A stretch of DNA of 37,896 nt. Origin: an uncultured Clostridia bacterium. GTDB taxonomy: Bacteria > Bacillota > Clostridia > Christensenellales > CAG-1252. Where the stretch lies: NCBI GenBank assembly GCA_946626795.1, contig CAMOUZ010000001.1, positions 1 to 37,896 on the forward strand, given 5' to 3'. The position numbers and the translations under genes were made by a program. Below are positions 33,601 to 37,896 of this stretch, one piece after another. The notes beneath the pieces are model-generated. The model worked only from the letters and a program-made list of their open reading frames with translations, did no database searches and was not told where the DNA came from. Position 1 is the stretch's first letter, and each line of letters begins with the position of its first letter.

Positions 33601-35324
33601 GCCGTGTCCGCATTAGCGAAGGTATAACCGTTTTTCGTGCCGTTTTCGATCGCCTTGTAAAGCGGTGTGCCTTCCGCATACGCCCAGACGTAATACCATT
33701 GATAGGTCACGCTATCGAAATAGTTTGCGTTGTCAACGGTCGCGCCGATCTGAACGTCATAGCCTTTCACTTCTTCTATTTCCGTAGGATTCGAGAGTTT
33801 TGCGACAGGGGAATTATAATCAACGACAGAATATGTAATTTCATCGGAATATTCCCAAACCGAATACAAATTACGGTTTACAAAACGCACGCCGACGCGC
33901 AAAGTTTTTTCGGCTATCTCGGCAGAGCCCGGATAATACGTTGCTTTCGTTGCATAATTGATATTCTGCCATTCGTTGCCGACAAGTTGTTGCCATTGAT
34001 ATTCCGCGCGGATGTCATTGCCGTTTTTATTGTTTTTGGTAGAATATTTCGCTTCTAATTTCGGGTTTTGTCCGATTGATACGCTGATATTTCCCGTCTG
34101 TCCCGAATATGCAACTGCCAAATCCGCAGGCGCGGCAGGAGTAATGTTTTGAGAAACGCGGTCGCTTTCAAAATAACGAACTGCCCCTGCTTTTTCAGAA
34201 GCAAATACTGCATAATACGTCGCATAGTTTGACCCGAACGGAACCGTGTCCTTATAATAGTATTCGGACGTAGTCACTATTTTTTCAAACGAACCGCCGT
34301 TCAGACTTCTGTACCAAGATACGGAAATATTGTTCGGGAACGCATTCCAAACGTCATAACTTGCTTCGGGCTTCAATTCTACGCTGACGCCTTTTGTCGG
34401 ATCGAAATCATCTGCCGTCACGTCATTGTTCAAAACTTCACCGATCCTAATACCGGAATTGATTGAAGCCGGCGTTGTGGAAGGAACGTTGAGCGAACCA
34501 TACCACGCCGTGCCCTGCGATATGCTTTTAGGTTGGTAATTTGACAAATTGAATGTTTGCGCCTTCGGCAAATCAACGTCGCCCAGCGTTGCTTGTTGGC
34601 TTGTCGTTTTGATACTGAAATCGCTTCCTTTGCCGGTAGCGCTTAAATCTCGAACGCCAAGTGTGCCAATTTTACCACCGGACATCAATACAGTCGATCC
34701 TTTGTAATGGATATAATCCGATATCTTCATATTGCCTTCGATTTTGACGGTGGCGCTTGCGGCAGAGAAATCTTCTAAGCCGATATAATAATCCGTGATT
34801 CTTTCAATAGAACCGATGGCATATTCGGAAATGTTCAATTTGGCATTTATGCCAAGAGCAATGGTGCCGAATTGAATCAATCTCTTTATGGTGCCGAACA
34901 TTGAAAACGTTCTGACATCGATATTGAGCGTTCCGCCATCAACATCGATTTGACTAAATCTGAATTGTCCACCGCCGATGCTGTCAATGACAGTCAGCGA
35001 GCCATACACTTTAAGGTAAAAACAATCATCGCGAGTGGAATAGATTTTGTGTCCGTTGAGATCGAGCGTGATATTATCGCCGGCTTTTATGTCAAAATTA
35101 CCGTTCGGATCACCGATACCGGTTGAAACATAATAGTCTTTTTCGAGTACGTGCGTACCGCTACCGCGCAACAAGTTTTGAAGCGCATAATGATCGGCGC
35201 TTTCCGCATACGCGGTCAGAGTCGTGGCGGGCAGGAGCGCAAATATCATTGTGAGCATCATCGCTATACCGAGCAAAACGGATACTACGCTTGCCATCTT
35301 TTTTCTTGCCTTTTGGTTTGTCAT
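30621..35324 (-). CDS. giant membrane-anchored surface protein (1567 aa)
   Basis: AAAGGAGA RBS and a signal peptide ending TLTAYA. Beta-helix-like N-terminal region (ITLDLNGHKI, GSLTVIDS). Three Ig-like modules with a YQWQ/YQWY signature (for example LTYQWQSSEDGITWANIEGA...YYRCVVSNAAGSVNS). Five CxxC modules and a beta-sandwich ending HFSKFAVVF. Then a Pro-rich stalk and a C-terminal TM helix plus a KKGIVKFGKKN tail. There is no LPXTG motif. Confidence 0.85.
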   Translation of the reverse strand: MTNQKARKKMASVVSVLLGIAMMLTMIFALLPATTLTAYAESADHYALQNLLRGSGTHVLEKDYYVSTGIGDPNGNFDIKAGDNITLDLNGHKIYSTRDDCFYLKVYGSLTVIDSIGGGQFRFSQIDVDGGTLNIDVRTFSMFGTIKRLIQFGTIALGINAKLNISEYAIGSIERITDYYIGLEDFSAASATVKIEGNMKISDYIHYKGSTVLMSGGKIGTLGVRDLSATGKGSDFSIKTTSQQATLGDVDLPKAQTFNLSNYQPKSISQGTAWYGSLNVPSTTPASINSGIRIGEVLNNDVTADDFDPTKGVSVELKPEASYDVWNAFPNNISVSWYRSLNGGSFEKIVTTSEYYYKDTVPFGSNYATYYAVFASEKAGAVRYFESDRVSQNITPAAPADLAVAYSGQTGNISVSIGQNPKLEAKYSTKNNKNGNDIRAEYQWQQLVGNEWQNINYATKATYYPGSAEIAEKTLRVGVRFVNRNLYSVWEYSDEITYSVVDYNSPVAKLSNPTEIEEVKGYDVQIGATVDNANYFDSVTYQWYYVWAYAEGTPLYKAIENGTKNGYTFANADTATLTISRATTNADPLIVRCQVTGTKNGYKRNANTEDVSVSFIDLPKPVITTQPQGANLAKADNTHAIAVYASTKQGTLTYQWQSSEDGITWANIEGANAFNYLVDRSVATNGTYYRCVVSNAAGSVNSDAAKFVIKDGTVLNADLTSGLSVSFAEGNSDYMLDNDEHTLVCHLGDVFLIGFEATDGNATDFEKSIGTDWRNETGLNDNGMGKKYIDTSMAGTFEYYGRFYAEYDDGLGHVQSIEYNRENDERMRFTIVVLPREDEAEIDPVTVELGNSETIDVASANYEYLFTNGDVSTTAQTWFRGNHKASSYYHFVTGYRLYVGIPNEDGEIEYICFAQTDYYGDGTEPYNNAQDLIFDTSAAKLAALGIETLNGVYDAYVVMDYQIIVNENVDDQFTVKRGAFEGHHFALTVVAPCTHEHVTTTYTFGNDETYGAYIMIANKCDICEENLPGAYIWVYRTGEADGLPLISQAATCTEDGMRAHKHFTLGGYDKYYVEDTANHWVECADPSTLVIKAGHNYQAVAAIAATCTTDGNHAHFECSVCHKKFVQDETEYYEVEPESLVIDAFHKHLESVGEVPATCSAYGVQAYYTCSQCGKSFTDALGEHEIADLNAWKAGDGKIDKLAHNWQWIVDTAATKTATGIKHEECSVCHERRSENTVIPVQDCDHEHVTLTAQVDPTCTAAGKKAYYHCTDCNKYFEDANCQLLIENLDEYGILEALGHDWDDWHVVTPATETEDGVEERVCSRDESHKEQRTITASGFSYTTDEQGIKVFEHSLALGTANDFAALFAAAKQATGKVKISAGDLVLTFDANAVNAIGGNAANLTANVLTSNFGIDGLDGIRSVIELSLGNTTFANGTVSVKLPFTTAVPEGKVAKVYYVDAQGNKTDMNATFADGKVSFETNHFSKFAVVFEEATMPTPVDPEEPDDPVNPTPSEPEITPNTQKGGLSGGAIAGIVIGSVILLALIACAVLFLLNKKGIVKFGKKN

Positions 35325-35359
35325 AAAATCTCTCCTTTTCTACTAAAAAAGTTGTCTTA

Positions 35360-35388
35360 ATTGTAGTTTTTTTCTTTAGAAAAAGAAA
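35360..35388 (-). promoter_or_regulatory. candidate promoter of the giant surface-protein gene (good -10, poor -35)
   Basis: The minus strand has TACAAT at 35365-35360. The -35 position reads TTTCTT, so the promoter may depend on an activator. Confidence 0.4.
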
Positions 35389-35390
35389 TA

Positions 35391-35428
35391 GTTAGAGCGG
35401 CCAAAAACGCATGGCCGCTCGGCTAAAC
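35391..35428. promoter_or_regulatory. dyad element A (GCGGCC-N10-GGCCGC with flanking CGGCTAA); also a possible terminator of the LuxR-type gene
   Basis: gttagagcggccaaaaacgcatggccgctcggctaaac. 24 of 34 aligned positions are identical to element B at 37454-37491. The proximal half-site is 32 nt from the -10. Confidence 0.5.
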
Positions 35429-35565
35429 TTTTCAATTTGATTCATGACACAGCAAATATTGTAAGATTTCCGCAAAAACAGAGAGGAACGTATATGATCA
35501 AATGTAAAAAAACACCATGCCACAGATTATGCCCTCATTCCCGTAGTTGTCGGATTATGCAAAAA

Positions 35566-37371
35566 TCAAAAGTAATCTTTGTAGCGAAGGATAAGATCGG
35601 TACGTGACGAACAAGCAAGCTTTCTGTAAATATTCATCAGATCGAACTTGATCGTTCCAACTGAAAAATGCAGTTCTTCGGCAATTTGTTCTCTCGTTTT
35701 GCCTGAAAGCGTCAAGGCGACGATCTTGTATTCTCTCTCGGTCAGCGTGTCGATGCGCTCTTTTTCGGTCATAACAGGCGCAACGGGGTGCTGTTCTTCC
35801 GTTTCCGACGTTTCGGCTCCCGTTTCTTGCGCTTCGGGGGCTTTTACATTTGTTTTTCTCTTCTTTCTGAACACCACGAAGAGAACGACGAACGACGCGG
35901 AGAGCGCCGCGCCTATCACGACGAGAACGATCACAAGCGTAAGATTGATTTGCGGTTTTGCGGGAATTTCGTTGTATTCTCCGATGGCGCAGGATTGCGT
36001 TGCACCCGCAAATGCGCTGTGCCAACTTCGATACACGTTTGCAGGGACGTAAATATCCGCGTCGCTACCTTTTACGGCGTAAACGCTTTCTCCATCTGCG
36101 ATGTTCAGATCGTTTATTGCACCGCTGTCGAGCGCTTCGGTCGCCGCAGCGATATAATTATAAGCAGAAGGAGAAGTTTCGTATTCATCGTCGCCAATTA
36201 CCATACAGCCGCGCAGAACGATATAGCCGAGAAGTCCGTCCGTCTCGTAAAAGCCGAACGTGCCTTGGTCCGGCGCCGTATTGTTCGCCGCTTTTGAAAA
36301 CAGAAGATTGATTTGTCCGCCGTTATATTTCTTCGTCCAATAGGCATAGGGCTGTGTATAGAGAATACTTCCTTTATCCATCGCCGTGTTGCCATAGAAC
36401 TCGCACCCTACAAAATCTATAGGTTGTCCCTGCAAGCTGTCAATGAACACCGCGCCGCCGTCTTCCGCTCTGTTGTTTTCGATACGACAGTTTTTTATCA
36501 GCATACTACCGTTTCCCGCAAATGCGGAAGTGAGCGCAAGCCCGCCGCCGTATTTGGTTTCATTGCCCGTGATAACGCAATCGGCCATATCGAGGTCTAC
36601 GCCGCCGATATAAACGCCGCCGCCACGGTCTTCAGATCCGAGATCGGCAAACGGATAGAATGCATTGTCTGAAACGTTGCAGCTTTTTATTTCGGCTTTT
36701 CCGTTGCTGATGACAAAACCGCCCGCCGCACCTACGGTGTTATGATAAAAATTACTGTTTTCGATTTTTGTCGTCAATTTGTCGTTGAACACTTTGACCG
36801 TGCCGTGTTTTGCCACGTTGTCATGAAAATCGCAGTTTTCTATCAAGAGCGTCTGCGCTTCGTCACGAAACTTATTGCCAAAATAGAGCGCGCTGCCTTC
36901 AAGCGACGCATATCCCTTGATTTCAACGTTTTTCAAAACAAGATTCGTATAGCCCCAATCCGCCGTGATACAGCGTTTTTCTTCTCGTTCACCGTCAAAC
37001 ACTTCTTCAAAGGTTTTATCCGTTCCGTCAGGCTCTTCATAACAGCCGCCGTCCAAAATGATGTTTTCAAAGGTGACGGCATTCGTTTCACCCGCAACGT
37101 TCGGACTGATGATTTTGAAATGTGCGTTTTTTATCGTCGCTTTCATTCCGTTGCCTCTGATTGTCAATCCGTAGTTGATTTGAACGACGGTGTCTTCGTC
37201 AAAGGTTATGTCATTCGCAAGGATCAAAGTTTCTTTGTTTTGGAGCGAGAAAAAAAACTCTGCCGTATCACGTACAACTGCGCCTTGCTGTTCTTTGTTG
37301 CTCGCACACCCGACAAACAATGCCAACAATGCAATTACGAACATTAAAACCGCCGCTATTCTTTTAGCCAT
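35566..37371 (-). CDS. membrane-tethered LuxR/GerE-family transcriptional regulator with an exported beta-helix ectodomain (601 aa)
   Basis: N-terminal signal peptide MAKRIAAVLMFVIALLALFVGC. About 450 aa of PbH1-like rungs (LVLKNVEIKG, LLIENCDFHDN, KIENSNFYHN, EIKSCNVSDN, ADCVITGNET, LIKNCRIENNRA, FVGCEFYGN). TM helix INLTLVIVLVVIGAALSASFVVLFVVF followed by RKKRK, then an acidic linker. C-terminal HTH LTEREYKIVALTLSGKTREQIAEELHFSVGTIKFDLMNIYRKL. I prefer ATG 37371 over the TTG at 37389. Confidence 0.85.
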   Translation of the reverse strand: MAKRIAAVLMFVIALLALFVGCASNKEQQGAVVRDTAEFFFSLQNKETLILANDITFDEDTVVQINYGLTIRGNGMKATIKNAHFKIISPNVAGETNAVTFENIILDGGCYEEPDGTDKTFEEVFDGEREEKRCITADWGYTNLVLKNVEIKGYASLEGSALYFGNKFRDEAQTLLIENCDFHDNVAKHGTVKVFNDKLTTKIENSNFYHNTVGAAGGFVISNGKAEIKSCNVSDNAFYPFADLGSEDRGGGVYIGGVDLDMADCVITGNETKYGGGLALTSAFAGNGSMLIKNCRIENNRAEDGGAVFIDSLQGQPIDFVGCEFYGNTAMDKGSILYTQPYAYWTKKYNGGQINLLFSKAANNTAPDQGTFGFYETDGLLGYIVLRGCMVIGDDEYETSPSAYNYIAAATEALDSGAINDLNIADGESVYAVKGSDADIYVPANVYRSWHSAFAGATQSCAIGEYNEIPAKPQINLTLVIVLVVIGAALSASFVVLFVVFRKKRKTNVKAPEAQETGAETSETEEQHPVAPVMTEKERIDTLTEREYKIVALTLSGKTREQIAEELHFSVGTIKFDLMNIYRKLACSSRTDLILRYKDYF

Positions 37372-37422
37372 AAGTACGATTCCTTTCAATTACGGAAACC
37401 TCTAGTATGCAAGAATAAATTT

Positions 37423-37450
37423 ATTATACCATAATATTCCTATAAATCAA
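37423..37450 (-). promoter_or_regulatory. promoter of the LuxR-type regulator gene
   Basis: The minus strand reads TTGATT (37450-37445), a 16-nt spacer, then TGG-TATAAT (extended -10, 37428-37423). Confidence 0.75.
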
Positions 37451-37453
37451 TGT

Positions 37454-37491
37454 CAGGGCGGCTAAACCTCTTTGGCCGCGCGGCTAATAAT
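37454..37491. promoter_or_regulatory. dyad element B (GCGGCT-N10-GGCCGC with flanking CGGCTAA)
   Basis: cagggcggctaaacctctttggccgcgcggctaataat. The proximal half-site is 30 nt from the -10. No T-run follows on the minus strand, so it is unlikely to be a terminator. Confidence 0.5.
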
Positions 37492-37582
37492 CGAAAAGCC
37501 ACCGGGATTTCCGCATTTTTCGAGGTCTTGGCTGCAATAACAGTCAACTTAATTTTTCTTAAAAACCGGTGCCGCCACAAAC

Positions 37583-37611
37583 AAAAAGGACTTGGAAATC
37601 AATCCAAATCC
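37583..37611 (-). terminator. terminator-like hairpin (minus strand) with no ORF upstream
   Basis: Stem ggacttgga / tccaaatcc (one mismatch) with a 6-nt loop. TTTTT follows on the minus strand. Confidence 0.5.
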
Positions 37612-37799
37612 TTGAATGCCCACCGCTTGAAAGTGCAATTACCATTAAATTTCAGTTTTTCATAAAATCCCTAATGGAACAGCACTAAGCGCCGACTTCT
37701 TTTTTTTGTCTTTGGTTTTCGTCGCGCGTTTAGGCAAAAAGCCCAAAGCTTACGCCGTCCTTTCGCAGCCCTCTATTCGGAGCACCCGCTCGAATTCGC

Positions 37800-37828
37800 T
37801 TGACGGCTTTTTCCGTCGATAGTATAAT
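37800..37828 (+). promoter_or_regulatory. consensus-like promoter reading out of the window
   Basis: TTGACG (37800-37805), a 17-nt spacer, then TATAAT (37823-37828). Confidence 0.7.
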
Positions 37829-37880
37829 TTCACTTTGTTAAAAGTAAATCCCAAGACGGCATGGCGATAAGGAAAAAAGT

Positions 37881-37896
37881 ATGATACGGAAAGATT
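37881..37896 (+). CDS. possible 5' end of a CDS (MIRKD...), cut by window edge
   Basis: ATG 37881 lies after AAGGAAAAAAG and about 50 nt downstream of the promoter. Only 5 codons are visible. Confidence 0.3.

Noticed and set aside
35494-35607. 37-aa Cys-rich small ORF MIKCKKTPCHRLCPHSRSCRIMQKSKVIFVAKDKIGT with an AGAGGA RBS-like sequence
   Set aside because: No convincing promoter. Its last 42 nt overlap the convergent regulator CDS. It is short enough to arise by chance. It is worth only a glance in ribosome-profiling data.
37450-37665. 71-aa + strand ORF
   Set aside because: It starts inside the regulator promoter and dyad region, has no RBS, and runs through a hairpin terminator on the opposite strand. 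Its composition is not protein-like.
1-37896. I looked for CRISPR arrays, rRNA genes, reverse transcriptase/DGR template-variable repeat pairs, toxin-antitoxin pairs and known defence-system genes
   Set aside because: No regularly spaced direct repeats with unique spacers, no RT, nuclease or ATPase motifs, and no second small gene paired with the XRE regulator. The only long exact repeat is the 51-bp tandem duplication at 9017-9118.

Overview
This 37,896-bp window looks like it comes from a Gram-positive, Clostridia-like anaerobe. The signs are GGAGG Shine-Dalgarno sites, TTGACA-17-TATAAT promoters, lipobox lipoproteins and a DUF4368-type serine recombinase remnant. No species call is possible. 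Layout: (1) 1-4.2 kb holds a translationally coupled aromatic amino-acid operon, aroF (5' partial)-tyrA-aroA-aroC-chorismate mutase. (2) 4.3-5.8 kb holds two small divergent genes. (3) 6.06-13.8 kb holds a 2579-aa lipoprotein packed with CxxC modules. (4) 14.0-18.6 kb holds tRNA-Ala(CGC), a preQ1-I riboswitch-yhhQ-SDR operon and argG-argH. (5) 18.7-21.5 kb holds an XRE regulator, small proteins and an MscS channel. (6) 21.66-29.4 kb holds an operon of a 2132-aa lipoprotein plus a 432-aa membrane protein. (7) 29.4-37.7 kb is a lower-GC segment. It opens with a decayed serine-recombinase gene and 1.1 kb of ORF-free, hairpin-rich DNA, followed by a 1567-aa membrane-anchored surface protein and a membrane-tethered LuxR-type regulator. 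The three giant ORFs occupy 18.8 kb, about half the window. The best candidate for something new is the right-hand module. It has a regulator with an exported beta-helix ectodomain, one TM helix and a cytoplasmic GerE/LuxR HTH. A about 34-bp dyad element sits at the same distance upstream of both its own promoter and the promoter of the adjacent giant surface-protein gene. Other notable points are an SDR gene translationally coupled to yhhQ behind a preQ1 riboswitch, phased CAAGGG repeat arrays at two intergenic loci, an apparently leaderless giant gene, and a perfect 51-bp in-frame tandem duplication. All product names come from motif recognition by eye. No database search, folding or statistics were run, and promoter and terminator calls are pattern-based.
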